From: Octopus vulgaris
Lineage: Eukaryota
NCBI GenBank assembly: GCA_951406725.2
Contig: OX597819.1
Location: 62,682,001-62,746,000, forward strand
Direction of reading: 5' to 3'
Length of the DNA: 64,000 bases
In this document: piece after piece, positions 25,284-37,239 of the stretch
How positions within the stretch are numbered: position 1 is the first letter of the stretch
Layout: each line of letters starts with the position of its first letter
Translations under genes and position numbers: made by a program
The notes under the pieces: generated by a model
Seen by the model: the letters and a program-made list of their open reading frames with translations, nothing else
The model's database searches: none
Told to the model about the DNA's origin: nothing

Positions 25284-27649
25284 TAATGATTTTAATGCTA
25301 CATGTTACCCTGGCGACGGTTATTGCAAGGAAGCTAATTACAAAAAGATAATTCATAAATTACAATAAATCTAGACGTTACAAAAATGTGCAAAATATAC
25401 ATATTTAATAAACCTGAAACCCTCTCTTAATATATTCATGTTGAAATACACCGTTTTCGTTTCAATCAATTACGAAAATGAAGAATTTATTAAAAGAACT
25501 GTTATTAGTAAGCTTTAATAAATGTTTCTAGGTCGAAAATTATTATTATTATACGGCACGAATTTTGCGGAATTACGTTGGTTTTTCAGAATTTTTTTTG
25601 TTAAATACTTTTGTTACCATAGTTTTGTTGAAATACGCTGTTTTTGTTATGATTAGTTTTGAAAATAATGAAGAAATAATGAAAATAATAGGCATTATTA
25701 AGCTGGTGCTTAGTTCATAAATTAACATGAAATATTAATGTAACATTTTAGTTTAGATAATTTTAAAGCAAGAAGCTGGTAGCTTATAGCCAGGAGGAGT
25801 TTTTCAGATGAGTTCGTATCAAACGGTTAGACTACTTTTTTCTCATCTCTATGCTGGAAGGAAGCTGGGATGGTGAACTCGTAAAATGGGAAAATACAGG
25901 AAAATAAGAAACATTGACCGAAAGGTTTAAAGCTCTTGTTTTGAGAGTTTTCCTTTGGATTTGAGAGAAAGAGAGAGAGATAGAGATAGAGAGAGAAGGG
26001 GTTGAAAGAGAAAGTATATGAATAGGGATCCAGAGTTCAACAATTATTCTGAGAATTGTATGTCATTCAACAAATCACTTACTTTGCTTTGTCTTACTTC
26101 GCATAGCTGTTTGAAATACGGACCAACCACTCTAGAATAAGGACTATATGTAATCTTCTCTCTCTCTCAATATGTCTTGCACACACACACGCGCGTACTT
26201 TGTGGGCTGGCTTAATTTTTGTACAAAAATAGTTTTACTTATGTTTTTCAATTACATTTACCTCGAGTTATTTGCATATAATAGTTGTACCAGTCAAAAT
26301 GGCTTGCAGTGTCTCTACATCGCGTATTTCGACACTTGGTTTGAGATACTTTGCTTTGCGCCGCAAGAGATTTCTTGTGATACATATCCACGTTCAGTTC
26401 CTCTGGCTTCCATTAACTTTTGTAGATCATTAATTACATATTATGTGCCCCTGCCCTTAGCGCCGATGTTGAGTGGTCTGCCTTATCTTTTAGAATGTGG
26501 ATGACTCTAAATTATAACATCTGATATGATCTAGTGAGCAGTTCGATAACATTAGCAAGCCAAGAAAGCCTTCCCTGTGTTGAACAGCAATGGTGGTGTA
26601 GTATGTGTCTATAAATCCGGTCTCGGTCTTGCGATCGCGCCATAAGATGTTTTGAGATGCATGCTATATGTGCCACCATCAAATAGATCTTGATATGAGG
26701 AATTCGCTTTTATACAGTCACACACACACACACGTAGATATATACAATATATACACATACGTAGATATATACAATCACACGAGCACATATATAATTTATG
26801 TGTATAAGAAAAATCCTCCTGAACATGGTAAAGACTGGCAAACGCTTTTTAATTTCAGTGTTGCATTTAGTGTTGCAAAGAAAAAATGTCGGAATGACCG
26901 ATTGTAAATTCTCCCACTTTCTTTCATTCGCCGTTCGTTCTTAGAAACGCATTCAGCACTGAACCACTTAAAACGGAGATGAGAAAACTTTGAATTTAAG
27001 TTGGTTTTGAAGAGATATTTGTACAAAGGAATCTTCAACAAAAGATTTCTTCTCATGCTTAAAAACACACACACACACATGCCCACATACAAACACACAC
27101 ACACACACACACACACATAAACGTACACATACATATGCATGCCTACGAAATAACAAGGTAGTTACTGACGAGAGGTAAGCGGAAAGGAGGGACTGTGATG
27201 ATGTACCGGACATCTTATAGTGTATAATAAAGCTGTGCTTGTCGGAAGTTAAACACCCGTACAAATCTTGTGACAGAATAGCTTAATTGCAAATAGGCGC
27301 TTGACACTTCTGTCCACTGATGGTTTCAGAAATCACGGTATATGGCAAAAATATCTGCTGCTTAACTCTTTGATGGCATTGGAAGGCTTGTAAAGATCTA
27401 ATCAACCATTGTCGTACTTATAAGTGAAAACGGATCGTTTGTTTTTGATGTGAGAAGTATTTCCTAAGAAATACATTATGCAGGATACATCTGCAATGCT
27501 AGTAACTAACCTCGTTTGATAAAAGGTGTTTTCAGTTTATATGTGGATGGAGTTTGGCAAAGGGAAATATTCACGCTCAGAAGTGAAACACCAGATGAAT
27601 CGCTTCCGAAAAAACAAAAAAACAAAATCATAATAGAATTAATAATAAA

Positions 27650-27835
27650 ATTCTTTACTACTCTAGGTATAAGGCCTGAAAATTTGGGGGAGGGGACCAT
27701 TTGACTAAATCGACCCCAGTACGCAATTGTTACTTAATTTATTGACCCCGAAAGGATGAAAGACAAAGTCAATCTCGGCGGAATTTGAACTCAAGACGTA
27801 AAAACAGACGAAATACTGCTAAGTATTTCGCTGCC
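27650..27835 (-). mobile_element. SINE family B fragment
   Basis: GACCCCGAAAGGATGAAAG.CAAAGTCAA..TCGGCGGAATTTGAACTC. Confidence 0.8.
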
Positions 27836-27840
27836 TTGAA

Positions 27841-28878
27841 TCTCTCTCTATATAAAACTGAGAATGTGTGTCTGTCTGTCTGTGTGTGTGTTTCCCTAAA
27901 ACTTGAGAACTACACAACCAATTTCATTCAAATTTTACACATGCCTTACTTAGGGTCCATGTAGTCTCATGGGCAAAAAAATGTTCAACTTCTTGCCTAG
28001 AGCTAGCCCATAGCAATATCATATCTTCTCCACTATTTCAGTATTACGTATTAAAAGTGAAACAAAAACATTTCTCTATTTTATGTCACATACTTTCACT
28101 TTAACAATAGAAATAATAATAACAATTGAATTATATGTAGTAAGTAATAATTAAAATCAAACTAAAGTATAATATAATCGTAACATAACAAAAGTAAAAA
28201 TAGCAATTGGTATAAAATTGCATCAATGACTTGAACTTGAATAAGTGGTTTCACATGAATGGAAATAAATTAAAAATAAAATTAGCGTGCAGAAATGGAA
28301 TAGTCCAGAGGGATAATAAAAAATTAAATTAAAGAAAAGACTATTGTCTATAAAGTATACAATGTAGAGAAAAAAGATTTGAACACCTGGAGAAAAGCAC
28401 CATCGAAAAGTGTCTTGGTGCGACTATGAAATATATCTAACCAGAGGCGGTAAATTCGCCTTAATAGAAGCAAGGTTCGAGTCAACGGAGCGTGCAAGGG
28501 AGTACTCGACTCGAACTTGCAAAGTGGAAATATTTTATTTTTACCTTTATATCTGGGACGTAGGACGTGCCGGATAAAAATTAGAAATGTCCCCCCCCCA
28601 CCAGAAGTTGAGGTAGGCTGGATTGTAGCCACACTTCTATACTAGAGGGAGGACAAGATACAATTGATCGAAATTGCAAGAGACGGGCTTACAATTCCAG
28701 TCTGTTATTTATTTTGAGTATTGTTATCACTAGCGATATCAAGATATAACTTTGTATTTTGTATTTTATGTGTAGATGTATATGTATATAGATGTACATG
28801 TAATATGTACACACATATATATACACATATATACATGCACTGGCACTATGACCCGGCAACGACGGGTCATAATGCTAG
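27841..28878 (+). mobile_element. Non-autonomous Helitron
   Basis: Inserted between A (27840) and T (28879). 5' end TC...TATATAAAA followed by (GTCT)n; subterminal hairpin TATGACCCG-GCAACGA-CGGGTCATA (28847-28871); 3' CTAG; no TSD. Confidence 0.8.
28350..28700 (+). pseudogene. Tx1-like ORF1 fragment inside the Helitron
   Basis: YLTRGGKFALIEARFESTERAREYST...YLGRRTCRIKIRNVPP.PEVEVGWIVATL parallels the ORF1 remnant at 20940-21190. Confidence 0.7.
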
Positions 28879-28984
28879 TTAATAATAAAATTAAAAAGAA
28901 CTTTTCTATCAATAGGCACTGATATGGCTTAAAAAGCTCGATTTGCAACCACGTCTTTCTGGGTTCAGTTCTACTGCATGGCGG

Positions 28985-29237
28985 AGTCACAATCATGAGG
29001 TTGTGAGTTCGATTCCCGTACGGGTTTGTGTGTTGTGCTCTTCATTTCACGTTGCGCCAGTTCACTCAGCTGTAGAAATATGTTGCCATTCCCTTGTATA
29101 ACATCGGTGGCATGGTGAAATGACTGGTATACAAGGGCGACTGCTGGTCTTCGATAGACAAACTTGCTTAGACTTGTGCCTCTGGAGGGAACTTTCCGGG
29201 TGCAATCCCAGGCTCATTCATAATCGAAGGCAGTCTT

Positions 29238-29240
<3 letters not shown>
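28985..29240 (+). mobile_element. SINE family A copy
   Basis: GAGTTCGATTCC B-box, CCAGTTCACTCAGCTGTAGAAAT core and GGTGCAATCCCA tail. Confidence 0.8.
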
Positions 29241-29308
<68 letters not shown>

Positions 29309-29960
29309 TACACGTATACATTTATCTTTCTTTTGTTCTGGCCGGGTGGTAATAATTTATCTCCAGCACTACTTAATCAATACTTACTCACTTATTTATT
29401 TATCGCAGACTTTATCGATTCTTCCTGACACTTTCTTATAAATACAACTTTCTGCTAGCGTTTTCTTTGACTTCACACCTCACCTGGTGATCTACCTTCC
29501 ACCCAGTTCTCTTTCTTTTTCTATTCACTCTTATTTCTTATTATATATTTCTCTTTTTAGTTTATTCTGTTTAGCAAACAATTCATTTGCATATTTTTAG
29601 TTTTACTTTCACTTTTGACTTCGAATTTTCTTTTCTCTCGACGTTTGTGTTGTTTTACAACATTTATTCTTGAATAATTTTTTTTTTTTACTTTCTTATG
29701 GTTGCTTCTGTCGCGGTTTGCTATTTTGTCCATCCTCATATCACAGTAAGTATTATTTATATTATATATTTTTTCCTTAGATCACTTTGGAAAACAATAA
29801 AAAGAAACTGGATTAATAAAATGACGTACAGCTACAAAAATGTAATAAAATTAAATTCATGTTAAAAAATATACAGAATAGAGAGAGAGACACATCATTT
29901 TAATGAAAGCTTCAAGATCGACAGCCAGTAATAAACAAATGCATAAATATACCGGAATAG

Positions 29961-30060
<100 letters not shown>

Positions 30061-30377
30061 GCCTTTCTATGTGTCTCTTTCCTTCTCTGTGTCTCACTCT
30101 GTCAGTGTCTCTCTCTCTCCGTCCCTCTTCACTCTCTTTATATGCATCTGATTATATATTTACATGTATAGGTATATGTACATGTATAGTGTGTATATAT
30201 ACATACGCAAATATATGTGTTTTTGTGCATATATTTATATATGAATGGGGACACAGGCTTGTATATCTCCATGTAAGTTAATGCATATATCATACCTATG
30301 TATTCATGTATGTATAAAATGCATAACCATCTTATATGTATAGCCATCAATCCCTCCCTCTATATATATTTATGCAT

Positions 30378-30408
<31 letters not shown>

Positions 30409-30522
30409 CATATGCATGCATACACACATACGCACGCACACATACGCATACATACATGCGTATATACATACATGCGTATATACATACACACATGTACTTG
30501 TATGTATGTATATATATATATA

Positions 30523-30834
30523 CCGTATTTGATGGCTTATAAGACGCATAAGTACATAGGCCGCACCATAGCCTAGCCTATACTTTGGAAAATAAATTAC
30601 CACTAAAATAATGTTTTAATTCCTCCACTTACCTATATAACTTTGTTATTACCGGTAATTATAGGCAATTTATTGAATCCATTTTCGTAGGTGATGGTTC
30701 AACAATAGATGGCAGCACACGTTTTGTAAACATACCTACCGTTTTGAGCCTACATTGAGTGTATTGGACACGGGGATTTTTGAAGCCATCTTTGAGTAGA
30801 ATAGGTGTGTCGTCCTATAGGCCATAAAATATGG
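30523..30834. mobile_element. Tc1/mariner-superfamily (pogo/Tc2-like) MITE
   Basis: TA on both flanks; 24-bp TIRs CCGTATTTGATGGCTTATAAGACG versus CCATATTTTATGGCCTATAGGACG (20/24 identical). Confidence 0.8.
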
Positions 30835-30850
30835 TATATATGCATTTATG

Positions 30851-30949
<99 letters not shown>

Positions 30950-30955
30950 GTGCGT

Positions 30956-31254
30956 GGAGGCACATGGCCTAGTGTTTAGAGCAGCGGACTCGCGGTCGAG
31001 GGATCGCGGGTTCGAATCTCAGACCGGGCGATGTGTATGTGTTTACGAGCGAAACACCTAAGCTCCACGTGACTCCGGTAGAAGGTAATGGTGAACTTCT
31101 GCTGACTCTTTCGCAACCACTTTCTCTCACTCTTTCCTCCTGCATCTTGCAGCACACCTGTGAGGGACCAATGTCCCGTCCAGGTTGGGAATCCTATACG
31201 CCAAGGAAACCGGGAAATCGGCCTTATGAGCCAGGCGTGGCTCGAAAAGGAACA

Positions 31255-31265
<11 letters not shown>
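30956..31265 (+). mobile_element. tRNA-derived SINE family E with (AAC)n tail
   Basis: A-box TGGCCTAGTGT, B-box GGTTCGAATCT. The central GGACCAATGTCCCGTCCAGG...GGAAACCGGGA recalls the V-SINE domain (from memory, unverified). Confidence 0.75.
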
Positions 31266-31313
<48 letters not shown>

Positions 31314-31811
31314 GTATAACGAGATTAGTAGCACAAAACAAAACACTTTCAGATACTAACAACAGTCCTTGCACCAACACCAGTAGCTACTATTTATGCA
31401 ACAACAAGAAAGACAACGGCGACTAATGCAACTATAACAGGAAAGCAACTAAACGTGGTGACAAAACAATCGGGACTAAGAATAAAGACAACTGGTACCA
31501 GCTGTTCCAAAGAATTGTATGTGTGTGTGTATGTATGTGTGTATGTATATGTTTATGTATATATATATGCATATGTATGTGTGTATGTATGTATGCATGC
31601 ATGCTTGTATGTGTTTATGTATGTATGTGTTTATGTATGTATGTATGCATGCATATATACTGAGGTCTAATTGTTTTTGTGTATACTTCAATACAGCAAT
31701 ATATATATTAATATATATAAATGTACACACACTCACACACGCACGCATGCACACAGACAGACAGACCTACACTTACACATCCACACACACTCACACACAT
31801 ACACACACACA

Positions 31812-32338
31812 TGTTGCTGCGCCAACATCTTTGAAACACGACCTTAATTCAGAAGGCTATGTAAAGCTCCCGAATAGAATCTGCGGCTTTAGAGCATTGA
31901 TGCTGAAAAGCCATGTCTTAGGACAGGAATCGGCTCCCTGCCATATACCAGAAAAAGCCTGAAATAGTTGTCAGGGAATTTCACCTGGCCTCCGAATTCC
32001 CTTGACGGTAATTTCATGGATTATTATGTGTGCGGGGCAGTGGTTGAGAAAGACACCAATCATTCTACGTGCAATACCGAGGCCGAGTTATTTGGTGGCC
32101 AAAATCAAGGAGCTGTTCAAAGATCTTCCCAAGGACATTGTAAGAGACGCTTGCATTTGGTTGCAGAGCCGTCTGGAGGCCCTGGTAGAAACTAAGGGCG
32201 GTTACTCTGCGTAAACTATTATCTCCTAACCATAATCGAATTAATATGTTTGATATTTTAAAATAGGTTTTATCATTGGCTGAGATATTGTTTTCCTTTT
32301 CTAGAACAAAAACTGTCAAATTTAGCCTGAACATCCTG
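31812..32338 (+). mobile_element. 3' part of a Tc1/mariner (DD37D/maT-like) transposon
   Basis: QESAPCH and WPPNSLDGNFMDYYV correspond to QDxAPxH and WPPNSPDLNPxDY. Ends ...CCTGAACATCCTG followed by TA. Confidence 0.75.
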
Positions 32339-32355
32339 TATATACATATATATTG

Positions 32356-32461
<106 letters not shown>

Positions 32462-32518
32462 ATGTATGTATGTCTGTCTGTCTGTCTATCTAACTAACTA
32501 TCTATGCATGTATATATA

Positions 32519-32715
32519 GGGAGAGTTTACGAAAAATATAACAAAAGACGAAGACAGGTGGTGTACAAAACAAACAGATGTATTAGTATAAAGCTCAGGA
32601 ATAGAAAAAAGTCTTTTACGTTTCGAGCCTACGATCTTCTATAGAAAGGGCCCCAGAAAACAAGGAGAGAAACAAGGAGAGAAAAAATGTGTCTAGTGGC
32701 TAACGATCTATCATG
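32519..32715 (-). mobile_element. PLE-like terminal repeat fragment with decayed HHR-like motif
   Basis: Minus strand 32613-32648 reads CTTT-CTATAGA-A-GATC-GTAG-GCTC-GAAAC-GTA-AAAG: stem I, GAAAC and a GUA triplet are present but the core is mutated. A more decayed relative lies at about 47740-47880 (+). Confidence 0.5.
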
Positions 32716-33106
32716 TGTAGACGTATATGAAACACAGGTATATAGATATGTATATGTACGTAGATACACACACATACACACATACACATAGATAGTTGCT
32801 TGACTATATTTATTGACGCATCATTAACAGCTGGGTGTTTTAAACTAATTGATCCAGGATTTCAGAAAAGGTGCGACAAAGCATGAGAATACATTTTGAC
32901 CCGAGAACTGCAACTCAGCGAAACACTTATCAACAGAACAGTAATTACTCTGCCTACACCAGCCAGCTGTACATTCATGAGGGGAAACCGTGTTTCTATG
33001 CGTGTATGCTTCGATTCAACGCGTTCATCGCTTTTAAGAATCACTTCTCGTTTATAGTTTCTTTTGTATTACAAACAATGTATATTAGTGCCAACATAGA
33101 CTCACA

Positions 33107-33199
<93 letters not shown>

Positions 33200-34029
33200 G
33201 TATATATATATGTATATATGTATATGTATATATATGTATATATATATGTATATATATATATGTATATATATATATATTCATTTATATATAAATGTATATA
33301 TGTATATATGCATGCATGTATGTTTGTATGTATGCATATATATATGTTTGTATGTGTATATATCTAAATGTATATATATATATATATATATGTTTATATA
33401 GAGAGCAGTTAATATACAAAATTAACGTTGGAGTAAACTACTTCATTATAGGTGATCAATAAACTAGCGGGGACTTGTATATACGCATGTATCGATTTCC
33501 TATTGTATATATATAATGTCTACATAATGTCGCTGTGATGCAGTTCACATCACAGCTACATAATTCTAGGTTCGATCTCACTAACATGGTGTATTGAGTA
33601 AGGGTGACCTTATAACATGACCAGGGATCGATCAATGTTAAGCTAGGAATCGATCAATGTCAGATGTGGTAATTACACGGAAACTGTGCTGAAGGCCCAC
33701 ACAGGTACAGAAATACGCACACTCATGTAATATTGTGTGTGTGTGTGTGTGTGTGTATGTGTGTGTGTATGCGTTTGTTTGTCTTAGTGTGCACATGCGC
33801 TGTGTGTTATGTTAAATTAAGGTTACCATTTTAAATCAAGATTAAGTCTTGACTGCCCTAACAACCTTACAATTCCTCAGTCATATTACATTTGGCTTGA
33901 CTAGGATTTTGCTCCAACCACATGTCAGTGCTACACATCCCCAACCACATCTCTAGCCCTAAACAGATTATTTTGGAAAAAATATCAGTCGTTGTCTGGG
34001 TTACAGGTATTTAATCTACTTTCTTACAT

Positions 34030-34350
34030 TCATGTACATCAGTATTTCTCTAAACCTTTTCCCAAATCCTTGATCTTTTAGTTTCCAGACCTTTCTTCTC
34101 CATGCTGTTTTCCTTACCTGTGTCCGCCTAGCTCTAATACAGAAGTCACTAGCCACTAACTTATGTTGCATAGTGCATTCTTTGCTAAGAAAATGTTTGA
34201 TATTCACAATAACCCTTCATAAAACTCCAGAAGCCTTGAATCTGCCTCATTTATCATGCTGTAACCAATAGACTCCACTTACATCGTAAAAGCCATTAAT
34301 GTACATGTTTGTTAAAAACATCAGCTGCAATAATGAAATCACTGCCACTC
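34030..34350 (-). pseudogene. RTE-like LINE endonuclease (APE) C-terminal fragment
   Basis: FIIAADVFNKHV and ECTMQHKLVASDF..RRKVWKLKD resemble the GDxNxHVG and SxHxLV motifs plus the post-endonuclease linker. Confidence 0.65.
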
Positions 34351-34443
34351 ATTGTACGTGTGAGTTTATGCGTTCTTTCGTCTCACTGTGCGCATGCGCA
34401 GTTTGTTATGTGGCACTGTGTTAAATTAAGGTTACCATTTTAA

Positions 34444-34982
34444 GGCAGCGGGCTGGCAGGATCGTTAGCACGCCGGGCGAAATGCGTAGCGGTATTTCGT
34501 CTGCTGATACATTGTGAATTCAAATTCCGCCGAGGTCGACTTTGCCTTTCATACTTTCGGGGTCGATTAAATAAGTACCAGTTACGCACTTGGGTCGATA
34601 TAATCGACTTAACCCGTTTGTCTGTCCTTGTTTGTCCTCTCCGTGTTTAGCCTCTTGTGGGTAGTAAAGAAATAGGTATTTCGTCTGCTGCTATGTTATG
34701 AGTTCAAATTCTGCCGAGGTCAACTTTGCCTTTCATCCTTTCAGGGTCGATTAAATAAGTTCCAGTTACGCACTGGGGTCGATCTAATCGACTTAACCCG
34801 TTTGTCTGTCCTTGTTTGTCCTCTCTGTGTTTAGTCCCTTGTGGGTAGTAAAGAAATAGTTATTTCTTCTGCCGCTACGTTCTGAGTTCAAATTCCACCG
34901 AGGTCGACTTTGCCTTTCATCCTTTCGACTATACCCCTCCTTCCCCAAATTTAAGGCCTTCTGCCTATAGTATAAAAGAAAT
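34444..34982 (+). mobile_element. SINE family B multimer (one head plus ~2.4 tandem 184-bp units) with 12-bp TSD
   Basis: Units start at about 34492, 34676 and 34860. TSD TTACCATTTTAA (34432-34443) / TTACCAGTTTAA (34983-34994). Confidence 0.85.
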
Positions 34983-35596
34983 TTACCAGTTTAAATCAAG
35001 ATTAAGTATAATGATGATTAAGCAATTGCTCTCAAATATAAGGGTAGAGTCAACTCGTAAAATTTGTGTTGACATGTGTACCTAAATATCTATAAATACG
35101 TGTATATGTATCAAGCTTATATCAAGATCAATTTCATGGCTCATACACCATGCATCACATGAGGGCTTATAGTATCTTACGTTGTGAGTACAAGACCAAG
35201 ACCAGATTTATAGACACATACAACTCCACCATTGTTGGTGAACACAGGGTAGGCTTTCCTGGCTGCCTACAGTCGTGTCATACACTAGAGCACATCGGTT
35301 GCTATAATTTAGAATCTTCCATATTCCAATAGATAAAGCTGTCCACTACATAGATGACATTGGGAGAGGCGCGTAATATGAAACTAAAGATCTACAAGAA
35401 CTAAAGGGTTACAAAGCTACCGAACGCGGCATGGTGAACCGTATCGCGGTTATGACCGGTTAAAAAATATATGTATGTATATATACACATGTATATATGT
35501 GTGTGCGTGTGTATGAGTGTGTGGGTGTTTGTATTATTCAACCGACCATATATGAATAGAAGCAGCATTAATCTAATAAATATTATCAACCACATA

Positions 35597-35825
35597 AAGT
35601 AATCCCTCGCGGGTATTACGTTCCCAAACCCCGCGCGTTAAGTGAAAATCCGCGAAGCTGAAACAGTACAGTATTGTATATCTTCAAAATTATTTTTATG
35701 ATTAGCGTATATTTATTTTATTATAAATGCAAAACAAAACCACTGAGCAATTGGCGTAAGCTTAAATGATAAACTGCGATTAGTGAACTGCGATTAGTGA
35801 ACCGCGATATGGCGTGGGATTACTG
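35597..35825. mobile_element. Tigger/pogo-like MITE
   Basis: TA on both flanks; TIRs AAGTAATCCCTCGC / CAGTAATCCCACGC (reverse complement). Confidence 0.75.
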
Positions 35826-35856
35826 TATACTTAACGTAAATATCTAGGCACACTAG

Positions 35857-36511
35857 GTATTTGCCAGCAGGCTGTTAATAGCGTGGTGGACAATGCTTTC
35901 TGAATGCACCGGTTGTTAAAACACCTTCAAGTCATGGACAGGTGAGATAATCCACCCCAAATCTAATCAAGGAGTTTCGCCATTTTTGTGACTTCTCGAC
36001 ATCATGTACCCGACCCGGATCGGAGATGAATTACATCGCCTGTCCACGGCATATTTGCAATTGGCGCCCAAACCATGTGCGCATATACCTGACCAATTCG
36101 TTCCTACCTATAAATTCAAATATGAAATATATCAGTGCTTTGAGAGAGTATTATCCAGCACACCAACAGCAGCCTACCGGCAAATGTTCTGGGTATATAC
36201 ATTAAGTATATGTGCTTGATAATTGTCATGGCTTCTATCTCATGTTAGAATTTATTCTTTTGAATGCACTGTCCAGACACACATGCACGCCAAGAGCATA
36301 AAAGTTTCGGACTGGCGAAATAATTTATCCCCGACCCTGCTCGGAGATAAATTGCTTGATGTTGTTGACAAGCCACAAAAATGGCGAAACATCGATGTTC
36401 ATCATTCCTAGACGGAATTTAGGGTGGGTTTTCGCACCTGTCTATAACTCTAAGATGTTTCAACATACAGAGTATTCTTCATGAGGCTAATAACAGCCTA
36501 GCGGCAAATAC
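35857..36511. mobile_element. Fold-back element with ~210-bp degenerate inverted arms
   Basis: GTATTTGCCAGCAGGCTGTTAATAGC versus reverse complement GTATTTGCCGCTAGGCTGTTATTAGC; GTTTCGCCATTTTTGTGACTT versus reverse complement GTTTCGCCATTTTTGTGGCTT. Arms about 35857-36066 / 36288-36511. Confidence 0.7.
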
Positions 36512-36723
36512 ACGCCGGATGTATGTCATGTATGTGGGGTTGATAGTAGAACAAGTAAAAAGATATATTTTTCAACGCGTAAATACTGACAGAACAGTAT
36601 ATATAATATAGGATAAAATCCTTTTAGAGTAGAAGTTTGTCGGCAACCAGCCATGTTCTACAATATATTTCAACGCTTCAAAAACAAACTTATATTTGTT
36701 TACATATGACGTAGTTGATAATG

Positions 36724-36784
<61 letters not shown>

Positions 36785-36954
36785 ACACACAAACACATAC
36801 ACACACATACACACACACACACGCATACACACACCACATAGATACACATATAAGTCAAAATATATTTATGTATGTATACCTGTGTGTGTGTGTGTTTGTG
36901 TATGTGCGTATATACATATCCACTATATATACATGGTTTAAGTTATATGATGTA

Positions 36955-37238
36955 CGTGGTCTGATCAATAAGTATCCGGACTGTTGACATAGTAACGAGG
37001 TCAAAGCACACAGAATGAAGCCGTTTGGCACAGATTGACCTCGAACCCTGCTATGCATGCGTATGCGCACTATATCTGAACGTTCTAGTTCACTTTCACT
37101 GTTTACAGAAGTGTTTCGAAGGAACGTGTGTAGTGTGTTATCGTCGCATTGAACATGACAGAGAAAGCTGAGCAGAGAATCTGCATAAAATTTTGCCAAA
37201 AGCTTGGCGATAACTGCACAGAATCCTACGCATGGTAG
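36955..37238 (+). mobile_element. 5' end of a mariner transposon, truncated
   Basis: TA|CGTGGTCTGATCAATAAGTATCCGGACT terminus; ATG 37155 begins MTEKAEQRICIKFCQKLG, a mariner N-terminal HTH signature. Confidence 0.8.
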
Positions 37239-37239
37239 T

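Noticed and set aside
25430-25830. Partially duplicated AT-rich segment recalling a piggyBac-type MITE
   Set aside because: TTAA/CCC termini are too eroded to verify from this sequence alone.
34444-34982. Regularly repeated units suggestive of a CRISPR array
   Set aside because: The units are whole 184-bp SINE segments with no unique spacers, there are no cas genes, and the context is eukaryotic.
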